A stretch of 64,000 nucleotides of DNA, taken from NCBI GenBank assembly GCA_021775955.1, contig JAJFGU010000016.1, positions 4,721 through 68,720 on the forward strand. The letters are read 5' to 3'. Below are positions 19,199 through 27,859 of the stretch, piece by piece. The notes below the pieces were generated by a model. It saw only the letters and a list, made by a program, of their open reading frames with translations. It was not told the DNA's origin and did not search any database. The first letter of the stretch is position 1; each line of letters begins with the position of its first letter. The stretch is from Alphaproteobacteria bacterium. GTDB taxonomy: Bacteria; Pseudomonadota; Alphaproteobacteria; Micavibrionales; Micavibrionaceae. Made by a program: the position numbers and the translations under genes.

Positions 19199-19287
19199 TG
19201 GTGCGGCCGAGAGGACTTGAACCTCCACGGGATTTAACTCCCACAAGATCCTTAGTCTTGCGCGTCTACCAGTTCCGCCACGGCCGC
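19199..19287 (-). tRNA. tRNA-Leu (class II). Hand fold gives anticodon loop CU-AAG-GA, i.e. anticodon AAG
   Basis: Reverse complement: GCGGCCG TG GCGGAACTGGTAGACGCG CAAGA CTAAGGA TCTTG TGGGAGTTAAATCCCGT GGAGG TTCAAGT CCTCT CGGCCGC A CCA. The architecture parallels E. coli tRNA-Leu position by position, and CCA is encoded. Confidence 0.85.
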
Positions 19288-19386
19288 ACGCCATGCAGTA
19301 GATTGAAATCAATAACAAAACCGTGTAGATCGCGCAAGCCGCATAATCCGTTGCGGTGCGATAAGAAATTATGTCAGGGTGGGCCC

Positions 19387-20031
19387 ATGGAATGGAGAGT
19401 TTCAAAAGAACCCGTAGCCTATGAACGCGCGCTGAAGACCATGAACAAGCGGGTTGCGGATATTAAGGACGGGTGGGAAGAGGAGATGATCTGGCTGCTT
19501 GAGCACCCGCCGCTTTATACCGCCGGGACCAGCGCGAAGGAGAAGGATTTACTCAGCCGGGACTTTCCAGTGTTTAAGACGGGCAGGGGTGGGCAATACA
19601 CCTATCATGGTCCCGGCCAGCGCGTGGCCTATGCGATGCTGGACCTTAAGAAACGCCAACAAAAGCCTGATATAAAACAATATGTTCATAGTCTTGAAGA
19701 TTGGATTATAAAAACGCTGAAAGAGTTTGATATTCAAGGCGAAAGACGCGAAGGCCGGATTGGTATCTGGGTCGATACGCAAGAGGGTGAAAAGAAAATC
19801 GCCGCGCTTGGCGTGCGGGTGCGGCACTGGATTACGCTCCACGGCGTATCGATAAATGTCGACCCGAACTTAGAGCATTATCAAGGCATTGTCCCCTGCG
19901 GCATCGCCGATCACGGCGTAACGAGCATGAAAGATTTGGGCGTGGATGTGAGTATGCAAGACCTTGATGAGGTCCTTCAGCAGAAATGGTTAGAGGTTTT
20001 TGAACCACAGCGATCACAGCGAGTGGCTTAA
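19387..20031 (+). CDS. lipB: Octanoyltransferase (lipoyl(octanoyl) transferase)
   Basis: LLEHPPLYTAG, RGGQYTYHGPGQ, KIAALGVRV and PCGI are present. The start is moved to the ATG at 19387 because the track ORF begins inside the tRNA. Confidence 0.9.
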   Translation: MEWRVSKEPVAYERALKTMNKRVADIKDGWEEEMIWLLEHPPLYTAGTSAKEKDLLSRDFPVFKTGRGGQYTYHGPGQRVAYAMLDLKKRQQKPDIKQYVHSLEDWIIKTLKEFDIQGERREGRIGIWVDTQEGEKKIAALGVRVRHWITLHGVSINVDPNLEHYQGIVPCGIADHGVTSMKDLGVDVSMQDLDEVLQQKWLEVFEPQRSQRVA

Positions 20032-20035
20032 TAAA

Positions 20036-20446
20036 TTAGCCGTAAGTATGTGCGTTGATCTGTACCTGAGCTTCCGCAGCATCTTGAAATAGCTGGTAGG
20101 CAGCGCTGCCAGGCCTGATGCTCATATGTATAGCTCCAGATTCAAAAGTTTCTTGTTCTATATCGATGCGTCTATCAGAGGCTGTACTGATCTTGCCAGC
20201 AATTTGTCTTGTACGTATTGCCCAATCTTCATTTGATTCTTGTCCATGGCGGAATACGTACAAATCAAAGCCATAGCTTTCGCTTTTGGAGACATGCCCC
20301 GTATTGATATGTGAGCTTATACATTGGTGGTTTTTACTTGTTCTTTCTTCCAGCTCATTCTGCAATGCGCCATCGGCTGTAGCAATCCTCTCAGGCGACG
20401 GATCTTCACTAAAACATTCTTGTGTTAGTTTTGTAAGAGCTTTCAT
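20036..20446 (-). CDS. Hypothetical protein (AT-rich ORFan)
   Basis: 136-aa ORF with no recognisable motif. Its stop lies 4 nt from the convergent lipB stop. Confidence 0.4.
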   Translation of the reverse strand: MKALTKLTQECFSEDPSPERIATADGALQNELEERTSKNHQCISSHINTGHVSKSESYGFDLYVFRHGQESNEDWAIRTRQIAGKISTASDRRIDIEQETFESGAIHMSIRPGSAAYQLFQDAAEAQVQINAHTYG

Positions 20447-20536
20447 ATCTTCATATCCTTGTTATTCGTTTTTCAATAATTGCAGGGACTATAACCAACA
20501 ATTAGCAATATGTCAAATATAATTTACTGCTTTTTT

Positions 20537-21409
20537 CTAATCCGCGGCCAGATCCACCAGCCGGGATTCCACGAAATCGGCGGTGAAGGCGATGAGTTTC
20601 TCGATATCACCCTGTAAAGCCTCATAATCCCCTGATTTTTCGTGTCGGTCCTCATCCATATACAGCGATTTGTTGATCTCGAGCTGTAGCGAATGGCGGC
20701 CACGCGAGGGCTGGGAGTGGCGGGCGATCAGCTCGACCCCCTTGAACGGGTCGTTAATCGTGACGCTATAGCCCAGGCCCTTAATGAAATCACGCAAACT
20801 ATGGGTGAAATCCTTGCTACAGGTGGTGCCGTCACGGTCACCCAGGCAAAAATCCACCGCCTTATTGCGATTGCCGATCAGGCCGATGGCCTGGCGCGGG
20901 CGGGCGCTGCTGGACGGCATCGAATGGCAGTTAATGTGCCAGATTTGGCCGAAATTGTAATGCGCCTCGTCGACCAGCTTTTGCAGCGCGTCATGATAGG
21001 GGTGATAGTAATGCTCTATGCGGTTTTGCACCTCCTGCACGCTTAAATGCCGCTCATAGACCGGCACGCCGGGTTTGACCAGCCGCCGGATCAGCCCAAT
21101 CCCGGCATCGCTGCGCGCGGTGGGGTTGGAGTCTTGCGGCCAGTCCTGCTCCAGCAAATCATGGTCGATATCACAGGCGGCGCGGTTGGGGTCGATATAG
21201 CTGCGCGGGAACAGCGCGCAGAGCAGGGCGCCGCCGTAACCTGGCGCACAGGCAAAAAGATCGTCGACATGCTTGTCCTCGGCACGCTCCAGCGCTTCAA
21301 AGTCGCAGGCATAGTCAAAGTCTTCGGGGTAGCGCGTGCCGCTATGCGGGCTGTCAAAGATCAGCGGCAGGGGATTGTCAGGCTTTGAAATGGTGAAAGT
21401 TTCGGACAT
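20537..21409 (-). CDS. N-formylglutamate amidohydrolase family protein
   Basis: 290 aa. LIFDSPHSG, DPNR and WHINCHSMP match the FGase (PF05013) pattern as I remember it. Confidence 0.8.
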   Translation of the reverse strand: MSETFTISKPDNPLPLIFDSPHSGTRYPEDFDYACDFEALERAEDKHVDDLFACAPGYGGALLCALFPRSYIDPNRAACDIDHDLLEQDWPQDSNPTARSDAGIGLIRRLVKPGVPVYERHLSVQEVQNRIEHYYHPYHDALQKLVDEAHYNFGQIWHINCHSMPSSSARPRQAIGLIGNRNKAVDFCLGDRDGTTCSKDFTHSLRDFIKGLGYSVTINDPFKGVELIARHSQPSRGRHSLQLEINKSLYMDEDRHEKSGDYEALQGDIEKLIAFTADFVESRLVDLAAD

Positions 21410-21420
21410 TTTTATATTTT

Positions 21421-21569
21421 AACCGCGAATGGACACGAATACACACGAATTTTTTCTTTTTGCTTTCCCTGCGAAAGCAGGGATATTTAAAAACAAACAC
21501 AACAAACAGATCCCCGCCTACGCGGGGAAAGCACTAATTATTTGTGTTCATTCGTGTTTATTCGTGGTT
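21421..21569. repeat. Dyad-symmetric cassette: outward phased arms (word TTCGTG) around two GC tetraloop hairpins
   Basis: Left arm 21421-21450 is AACCGCGAATGGACACGAATACACACGAAT. Hairpins are CCCTGC-gaaa-GCAGGG (21467-21482) and CCCCGC-ctac-GCGGGG (21512-21527). Right arm 21541-21569 is TTTGTGTTCATTCGTGTTTATTCGTGGTT. Confidence 0.9.
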
Positions 21570-21591
21570 CTTTTTGCTTTATGTTATTCCG

Positions 21592-22860
21592 ATGTTCGAT
21601 ATTAAAGCCATACGGGAAAACCCGGACGAGTTTGACAAAGGCTGGGCCAGGCGGGGTCTGGAGCCGCAGACGGACGCCATTTTGAAGCTGGATGAGGAGC
21701 GGCGGGGTATTCAGACCGAGCTGCAGGAGCTTCAGGCCGAGCGCAATGAAAAATCCCAGAAAATCGGTGAGATTAAAAAATCCGGCGGCGATGCAAAGGG
21801 CGCTATGGATGAGGTCGCGGCGCTGAAGGATAAGATGGCAGAGCTGGAAGAGCGCGAACGCACGGTCGCTGAGTCTTTGAACCAGCATCTGGCCGGTCTG
21901 CCGAATATTATGGCCGATGATGTGCCGGACGGTAAAACCGAAGATGATAATGTTGAAGTTCGTAAACACGGCGAACCTTCAAAAGACAAAGTACCCGAGC
22001 ATTTTGAAATCGGCGAAGTTTTGGGCCTGATGGATTTTGAAACGGCCGCGAAAATGTCGGGCAGCCGTTTTGTGGTGCTCAGCGGCGGGCTGGCACGGCT
22101 CGAGCGGGCGCTCGGGATGTTTTTCCTTGATGTGCATACGGCAGAGCATGGCTATATGGAAGTTTCGCCGCCGCTCATGATTAAAGATAATGCGATGTTT
22201 GGAACCGGACAGCTTCCGAAATTTGCGGAAGATCAATTCCGTACCACGCGTGATGACTGGTTGTTGCCAACGGCTGAAGTGCCGCTGGCCAATATGGTCG
22301 CGGATTCAATTGTTGAGGATGATACTCTGCCGCGGCGCTACACCGCCTTTACACCATGTTTCAGACAGGAAGCCGGGGCGGCGGGCAAGGACACGCGCGG
22401 CATGATCCGCATGCATCAGTTTTACAAGGTCGAGATGGTGTCCGTCACCACGCCGGAAGAGTCTGAGGCCGAGCATGAGCGCATGACCAAATGTGCTGAA
22501 ACCGTTTTAGAGAAGCTGGAGCTGCCGTTTCGGACGGTGATGTTGTGCAGTGGTGATACAGGCTTTGGCGCGCGCAAGACCTATGACATTGAGGTCTGGC
22601 TGCCGGGGCAGGGGCGCTACCGCGAGATTTCATCTTGTTCAAATTGCGGGGACTTCCAGGCGCGGCGCATGAATGCCCGCTATAAAAATGCGGACGGGAA
22701 GAATGTTTTCGTCCACACATTAAACGGCTCCGGCGTTGCGGTTGGCCGCGCGCTGATTGCGGTGATGGAGAATTATTATGACCCGGCCGATGGCGGGATT
22801 AATGTCCCGGATGTTTTGAAGCTCTATATGGGCGGGGTGGAGAAGATTACATCTTCTTAA
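21592..22860 (+). CDS. serS: Seryl-tRNA synthetase
   Basis: [11 protein letters not shown] starts the N-terminal coiled-coil arm, and class II motifs are present ([29 protein letters not shown]). The start is moved to the ATG at 21592. Confidence 0.95.
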   Translation: MFDIKAIRENPDEFDKGWARRGLEPQTDAILKLDEERRGIQTELQELQAERNEKSQKIGEIKKSGGDAKGAMDEVAALKDKMAELEERERTVAESLNQHLAGLPNIMADDVPDGKTEDDNVEVRKHGEPSKDKVPEHFEIGEVLGLMDFETAAKMSGSRFVVLSGGLARLERALGMFFLDVHTAEHGYMEVSPPLMIKDNAMFGTGQLPKFAEDQFRTTRDDWLLPTAEVPLANMVADSIVEDDTLPRRYTAFTPCFRQEAGAAGKDTRGMIRMHQFYKVEMVSVTTPEESEAEHERMTKCAETVLEKLELPFRTVMLCSGDTGFGARKTYDIEVWLPGQGRYREISSCSNCGDFQARRMNARYKNADGKNVFVHTLNGSGVAVGRALIAVMENYYDPADGGINVPDVLKLYMGGVEKITSS

Positions 22861-22865
22861 AGACC

Positions 22866-23414
22866 TTAATGTTCGAAATGCGGCACCTGGTATTCCAGAC
22901 CGGGAAGAGGTTCGTCCCGGATAATATCACGATAAAATGAATGATCTAATTTGCAGCGCAGCGCATCATAAAAACTGGCAGAGGCTCCTATATCTTGGCT
23001 TAAAAAGGTGTGTAGAAAATTCTTTTTATCATAGGGGATGTAATAGGAGCCATAAACATTTAGGGGAATAGCACCAACATGCATAGCCTCATATGTGTTG
23101 TTTTCAATCAGGTCAAAACGAATATACAAATCAGGGGACTTACCAAGGCTGCTTATCCATAGGGTGTATTCTCCTGTGATGTTTTGTCCGCCGATGATGT
23201 ATTGTTTGCCGCCAGTGGGTTTCAGTTCCGGGAAGGGCGCTTGCAATTGCCATTCATAAGGATCGCCAAGACCTATTGAACACCTTCTGACAGGCTCATT
23301 ATAGCTGCGCACTGCGCTATATACGAATGCTTTGGTTTGCGGCTCAACCGGCGGGTCCATGACGCTACGCGGATCGAAAGCTACATGTGTGATAATGGCG
23401 GGGTTTTCGGGCAT
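22866..23414 (-). CDS. Hypothetical protein (AT-rich ORFan)
   Basis: 182-aa ORF with no signal peptide and no motif recognised. Its stop lies 5 nt from the convergent serS stop. Confidence 0.45.
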   Translation of the reverse strand: MPENPAIITHVAFDPRSVMDPPVEPQTKAFVYSAVRSYNEPVRRCSIGLGDPYEWQLQAPFPELKPTGGKQYIIGGQNITGEYTLWISSLGKSPDLYIRFDLIENNTYEAMHVGAIPLNVYGSYYIPYDKKNFLHTFLSQDIGASASFYDALRCKLDHSFYRDIIRDEPLPGLEYQVPHFEH

Positions 23415-23566
23415 TTTTCTCTCTGTTTTATAAAGATCATTAAGTTAACATAACCGATATATCAACAAAACCAAGGGATTGCAATCTTATGTTTTCATAA
23501 ATTTGCTCCTGTGGTCCCTGATATGCTATAAAACCCCTATCTTTATTATTGAGTAAGGAGCGAAAA

Positions 23567-23914
23567 ATGAGCATGAATGCGAAAGCGGTTTTGGGTGTGC
23601 TTCTTGGTTGTTTTCTTACCGCCTGTGAGGGTGACAGACCGCCAGAATATAGTCGCGGAGAAATTAAAGATGCCCTGAATGATATTGGTGCTCCTGAAGG
23701 AGTACAAACGGCTAAAGGCCCACCATCTCGGTATGGTGATGCTTCAAGATGGGTGGTTGGCAATGCTGTGGAATTGTCGTCTCGAGACGGAAAGTTTTCG
23801 CAGGTGGCTGTCTCTGATGCGGATATAAAGAAACAAGGCTGTTCCAATCTGAAAGAGTCCGGCTATTACGTGAAGCTAGATGGAAATATTCTATTCTGGC
23901 TGGCATGCGGCTGA
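23567..23914 (+). CDS. Small lipoprotein, unknown function
   Basis: AAGGAG SD 6 nt upstream of the ATG at 23567. The signal peptide MSMNAKAVLGVLLGCFLTAC carries a lipobox. Confidence 0.55.
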   Translation: MSMNAKAVLGVLLGCFLTACEGDRPPEYSRGEIKDALNDIGAPEGVQTAKGPPSRYGDASRWVVGNAVELSSRDGKFSQVAVSDADIKKQGCSNLKESGYYVKLDGNILFWLACG

Positions 23915-24006
23915 TCCCTTGTTTTTTGCGTCCGGCTTACGCATTATCATCCTATGAGCATTTTGGATAAACTTTCATTTTTGTTTTCTGAGAGCGGGTT
24001 TCATTC

Positions 24007-24681
24007 ATGAACACTCAGGACATTAACAAACGCATTCGTCTTATCATGCATCTTCGGTCCATGGGGATCACGGATACCGATGTGCTGTCGGCGATGGAGC
24101 GGGTGCCGCGCGATGCATTTGTGCCCAAAGAGGTGCTGGATCAGGCGTGGGAGGATATGGCGCTCCCCATAGGACGCGGACAGACGATCAGCCAGCCCTA
24201 TGTCGTCGCGGCGATGAGCGAAGCGCTCCAGTTATCCGATCGCGACAAGGTGCTGGAGATCGGCACGGGCTGCGGTTATCAAACTGCGATTTTGGCGCAT
24301 CTGGCGCGTCGGGTTTATACGATTGAGCGTCATGTGCCGTTGCAGAAAGACGCGGAGAAGCGGTTCGAAGATTTAAAGCTCAGAAATATTACCGCGCTGG
24401 CCGCCGATGGCATGAAAGGCTGGCCGCAAATGAACGGCATCGACCAGGCGCCGTTTGATAAAATCATCGTCACCGCCGCCGCGTCTAAAGAACCGCCACA
24501 GGCCTTGCTCGATCAGCTCAAAATTGGTGGCAGCATGGTTATTCCCGTCGGTCCGCCGGGTGATCAGGTGCTGCGGCGCTATACCAGGGAAGAAGACGGC
24601 AGCTTTGCCAGCAAAGACCTGATGGGTGTGCGTTTTGTGCCTTTGCTGCCCGATGTCGCCAAGGATGATGAGGCCGCATAG
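24007..24681 (+). CDS. pcm: Protein-L-isoaspartate O-methyltransferase
   Basis: GQTISQPYVVA and VLEIGTGCGYQTA (SAM motif I) are present. 224 aa, upstream of the nlpD-like gene. Confidence 0.95.
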   Translation: MNTQDINKRIRLIMHLRSMGITDTDVLSAMERVPRDAFVPKEVLDQAWEDMALPIGRGQTISQPYVVAAMSEALQLSDRDKVLEIGTGCGYQTAILAHLARRVYTIERHVPLQKDAEKRFEDLKLRNITALAADGMKGWPQMNGIDQAPFDKIIVTAAASKEPPQALLDQLKIGGSMVIPVGPPGDQVLRRYTREEDGSFASKDLMGVRFVPLLPDVAKDDEAA

Positions 24682-24720
24682 AGCCTAGATGATCCGGGGT
24701 GTATGGTGTAAACTAGCGCC

Positions 24721-25665
24721 ATGAAACGGCCATTTCGAATATATTATCCGCTTTTCCTTCTTTTCTTCTTAACCGCCTGTATGGGTGCGCAGCAACCTGC
24801 CGAGGTCAGCCATTACGGTGCAAAGACAGGCGCGGGCAGCGCGGGCATTCATACGGTTGTCGCGGGTGATACGCTGTGGAGCATTTCCGGGCGCTATCAC
24901 ATGGCGATGCGTGATATTGCGGTGATGAACAAGTTAAACGCACCGTTCGCTCTCTCTGCCGGGCAGAGGCTGTGGCTGCCGCCGCCAACGCAGTATCAGG
25001 TCCGGCCCGGCGATACGTTGTATGAAGTTTCACGCATGTTCGGGGTGGGCACCCATGAGGTGGCGCGGCTGAATAATTTGCGCTCGCCTTATGTTTTGCG
25101 GCAGGGCCAGAGTTTGCGTATGCCCTCGGCGGCGGGTCAGAGCGCTGTGGCGTCTACCGGTGGCGGTTCTTCCCGCGATATCGTCAAACCGGGACAAAAG
25201 CCGACCAGAATGGCGGGGGGCGGTTCAGTCAAGGCGGCAAAGCCCACGGCTCTCAGGCCGGTGTCGGTGCGTGCGCCGAAACGCTCGTCGTCGAAATTCC
25301 TGAAACCCGTGGACGGGCCGGTGATTTCAAAATACGGCCCGAAGAAAAGCGGGCTGCATAATGACGGCATCAATATCAAGGCGCCCAAAGGCGCGCCGGT
25401 GCGGGCGGCCGAAAACGGCGTGGTGGTCTATGCGGGAAGTGAGCTCAAAGGCTCAGGCAATCTGGTGCTGGTGCGTCATGCCGATCGCTGGATGAGTGCG
25501 TACGCCCATATGGACCGGGTTTTGATAAAGCGCGGCCAGACGATCAAGCGCGGCCAGACACTGGGCACGGTCGGTACAACGGGCTCGGTTTCCAAACCGC
25601 AGCTGCATTTTGAAATCAGGCGCGGAACCGAGGCGATCAATCCGGAGCGTTATCTCGATGGCTGA
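24721..25665 (+). CDS. nlpD: LysM-domain M23 family peptidase lipoprotein (NlpD-like)
   Basis: Lipobox LFFLTAC, two LysM repeats (HTVVAGDTLWSIS and YQVRPGDTLYEVS), and a C-terminal M23 domain (HNDGINI, VLVRHADRWMSAYAH, PQLHFEIR). Confidence 0.85.
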   Translation: MKRPFRIYYPLFLLFFLTACMGAQQPAEVSHYGAKTGAGSAGIHTVVAGDTLWSISGRYHMAMRDIAVMNKLNAPFALSAGQRLWLPPPTQYQVRPGDTLYEVSRMFGVGTHEVARLNNLRSPYVLRQGQSLRMPSAAGQSAVASTGGGSSRDIVKPGQKPTRMAGGGSVKAAKPTALRPVSVRAPKRSSSKFLKPVDGPVISKYGPKKSGLHNDGINIKAPKGAPVRAAENGVVVYAGSELKGSGNLVLVRHADRWMSAYAHMDRVLIKRGQTIKRGQTLGTVGTTGSVSKPQLHFEIRRGTEAINPERYLDG

Positions 25666-27283
25666 TCTGGATTGGTTTGATGTGGCTTTTGACGGCGTTT
25701 TTGGAGCCGTACAGGCCTGGGGGTTTCTCACATATTTTATGATCGGCGGCGTGTGTTTTCTTGTTGGTGCTTTTTTAATCGGCGATTTTTTATATTGGCG
25801 CATTAGGGGCAAGCGTATCAAAGGCCGGATCAAGGCGGTCAAGGTTGAGCAAAGCAAAATTGCCGAAAGAAAAGAGGTGGAGCCGGAGCCGGAGAAAAAA
25901 GAAGAACAGAGTATCTTGGAAATGATCAGGGAGAGGCCTTTGGGCGGCCTGACGGCGGTATTTATTATTTTCTTATTTGCATCCATACCGCTGGCTTTCT
26001 TTGGTTTTGGCGCCTACACAGCGCATAAATATTTTTCTTTGAAGGCGGATGGGCAATGGGCTGAATCTGTTGTTGTGCATAACGAGCGCCAAACCGATAG
26101 TGAGAGTGGCACCTCTTACTATGCAGTGGTGGCGTTTCATGATTTACACGGCCAGCGCCGCCAGCTGCGTGACAATATAAGCATTGGTGGGCGGCCATCT
26201 TACGATGTGGGTGAGAAGCTGATTGTTTATTACGACCCGCAAGATCCGGAACGCTTCATCATTGATGACTTCTGGCACAATATGGGGATTGCGCTTGGGT
26301 TTATGGCTGTTCCTTTTGTTTTGTATCTGATTCTCATGGGGATTGGCCGTTTGCAGCAGATGACCAACACAAAGGGTAAGGCTAACAAAAAGCCAGCCTA
26401 TGCCGGGGAGATGTACCGCAGCGTATTCGAATATCAGGCACCCAATGGTGAAGTGATTGAATGCGAGGCGGATTGGGCAAGCAACACGATCGCGGATAAA
26501 ATTCCGGGCACGGAATTAAGACTGCTGGCCCTGCCACATGATCCGCAAAAGATTCGCAGGCCGCGTCTTATCGGTCTTATGTTTGGCCTGTTTTTTGGCA
26601 CGCCGGGGGTAATTTTTCTCTATCTTGGCTTTAGCAATTTTACGCTCACGCCCTATATGGCTGTGATCTTTTTGGCTTTGCTGGGCTATGTTGTTTTTAA
26701 AATTGCAAAAACCATCAAGCCGCGTGAGGAATGGGAAACCGTCAAGGAATTTCAGACGCGCAAAAAGCTGGAAACTAAAATAGAGCGAAGCAAGGGCCGT
26801 CTTCTTAGTGATATAGAAGTCAGGGAGCGGTTGCGCTGGGCCGATTCCTATTTAAAGCACTGGGTTTTGTTTCTGATCGTGCTGGCGGCGGGTGTTGCGA
26901 CCTTCGGGTATTATAGCGGCCAGAATATGCTTGCGCTCATTTCAAACGGCGAAACCACAACCGGCCGGGTGGTGCGTGTTGACAGCCGCTATGACAGATC
27001 TTCCGATGGTGGTGGCTATACCTATTACGCGATTGTCGATTTTAATACATTTAACGGTGAAAGAGTTGAGTTCCAGGACAGTATTGGCTCAAGTGCGCCG
27101 CTCCAGCAAAGAGGGGATGAAGTTTCTGTTCTCTATGATCCGGCCAGCCCGCAGGATGCTATTATCGATCGGGGGCTACTGAATTGGGCTATGTCGGGTG
27201 GGTGCTTTATTCTCGGACTTTTCTTGCTCATGCACGCATTGAAATCCTATATAGGGATCAGACGCCGCGTGAGCCGTATATAA
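25658..27283 (+). CDS. Polytopic membrane protein with three DUF3592-like beta-domains
   Basis: The start ATG at 25658 overlaps the nlpD stop (ATGGCTGA). About 7 TM helices alternate with three similar modules that end in ...G(E/D)xxxVxYDPxxPxxxxID. Confidence 0.6.
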   Translation: MADLDWFDVAFDGVFGAVQAWGFLTYFMIGGVCFLVGAFLIGDFLYWRIRGKRIKGRIKAVKVEQSKIAERKEVEPEPEKKEEQSILEMIRERPLGGLTAVFIIFLFASIPLAFFGFGAYTAHKYFSLKADGQWAESVVVHNERQTDSESGTSYYAVVAFHDLHGQRRQLRDNISIGGRPSYDVGEKLIVYYDPQDPERFIIDDFWHNMGIALGFMAVPFVLYLILMGIGRLQQMTNTKGKANKKPAYAGEMYRSVFEYQAPNGEVIECEADWASNTIADKIPGTELRLLALPHDPQKIRRPRLIGLMFGLFFGTPGVIFLYLGFSNFTLTPYMAVIFLALLGYVVFKIAKTIKPREEWETVKEFQTRKKLETKIERSKGRLLSDIEVRERLRWADSYLKHWVLFLIVLAAGVATFGYYSGQNMLALISNGETTTGRVVRVDSRYDRSSDGGGYTYYAIVDFNTFNGERVEFQDSIGSSAPLQQRGDEVSVLYDPASPQDAIIDRGLLNWAMSGGCFILGLFLLMHALKSYIGIRRRVSRI

Positions 27284-27293
27284 GGGGGAATCA

Positions 27294-27377
27294 TTGCCAC
27301 AGCTGATTTTTGCATTGCTTTTTATCGCTATTGGAGTGGTGGGCTGGTATATCCTCAAATATATCAGTGATCATTAG
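27294..27377 (+). CDS. Candidate 27-aa single-TM micro-protein (TTG start)
   Basis: Hand translation gives (M)PQLIFALLFIAIGVVGWYILKYISDH then stop. AAGGGGGA SD-like sequence lies 5 nt upstream, and the ORF starts 11 nt after the preceding stop. It is below the ORF-track size cutoff. Confidence 0.3.
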   Translation: MPQLIFALLFIAIGVVGWYILKYISDH

Positions 27378-27446
27378 AGTTCCCCTTGTTTTTGGCCTAT
27401 ATCCGGTTATAGTTCCCTTGGTCAAAATTATGAGAAGGGTCGAGAT

Positions 27447-27851
27447 ATGTTGATTTCCAAAGCTTATGCAGCAGCAACCGAAGGGGTCGTGTCAGCCGGA
27501 GCAGCCGCGCCAACAGCCGGCGAGGCTTTTGCCTGGAATATGGGGTTGGTTCTGGTTTTGGTGGCATTGTTCTATGTCTTGCTGATTATGCCCCAGCAAA
27601 AGCGGTTTAAACAGCATAGCCAGATGCTGCAGGGTCTAAAAAAAGGCGACAAGGTTGTCACCGGTGGTGGGTTGGTCGGCAAGATCGAAAAAATTGAGGA
27701 CGGCAATGATGAGGTCGTTGTTGATTTGGGAAGTGACGTTAAAGTCACGGCGCTGCGCTCTACCATTCACGGCAAGAATGATCCGCTGATGCGCAGTAAA
27801 AAACCTGCGAATGATCCGAAAATGAAAGCTGCCGATAAAGGTAAGAAGTAG
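27447..27851 (+). CDS. yajC: Preprotein translocase subunit YajC
   Basis: Single TM followed by IMPQQKRFKQH...L.KGD.VVT.GG..G.I, typical of YajC. It lies immediately upstream of secD. Confidence 0.9.
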   Translation: MLISKAYAAATEGVVSAGAAAPTAGEAFAWNMGLVLVLVALFYVLLIMPQQKRFKQHSQMLQGLKKGDKVVTGGGLVGKIEKIEDGNDEVVVDLGSDVKVTALRSTIHGKNDPLMRSKKPANDPKMKAADKGKK

Positions 27852-27859
27852 ATTTTCTC

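Noticed and set aside
19199-19287. Integrated element or genomic island at the tRNA-Leu or tRNA-Ser (44077-44166) genes
   Set aside because: There is no integrase, no direct repeat of the tRNA 3' end and no phage or plasmid genes. The flanks are housekeeping (maeB/lipB, mutS/response regulator).
19198-19386. N-terminal 63 codons of the track ORF for lipB
   Set aside because: They read through the complement of tRNA-Leu, and the LipB similarity starts at the ATG at 19387. Similar 5' over-extensions were trimmed for serS (21544), sodB (33880), coaBC (49013), FNR (42739), ubiK (63013), the deacetylase (58700), the 34017 ORF and the 53733 ORF.
21421-21569. CRISPR-like interpretation of the repeated hairpins and arms
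   Set aside because: The repeats are dispersed singly or as inverted pairs across the window rather than in a direct-repeat/spacer array. There are no cas genes, and the unit periods are only 8-10 bp.
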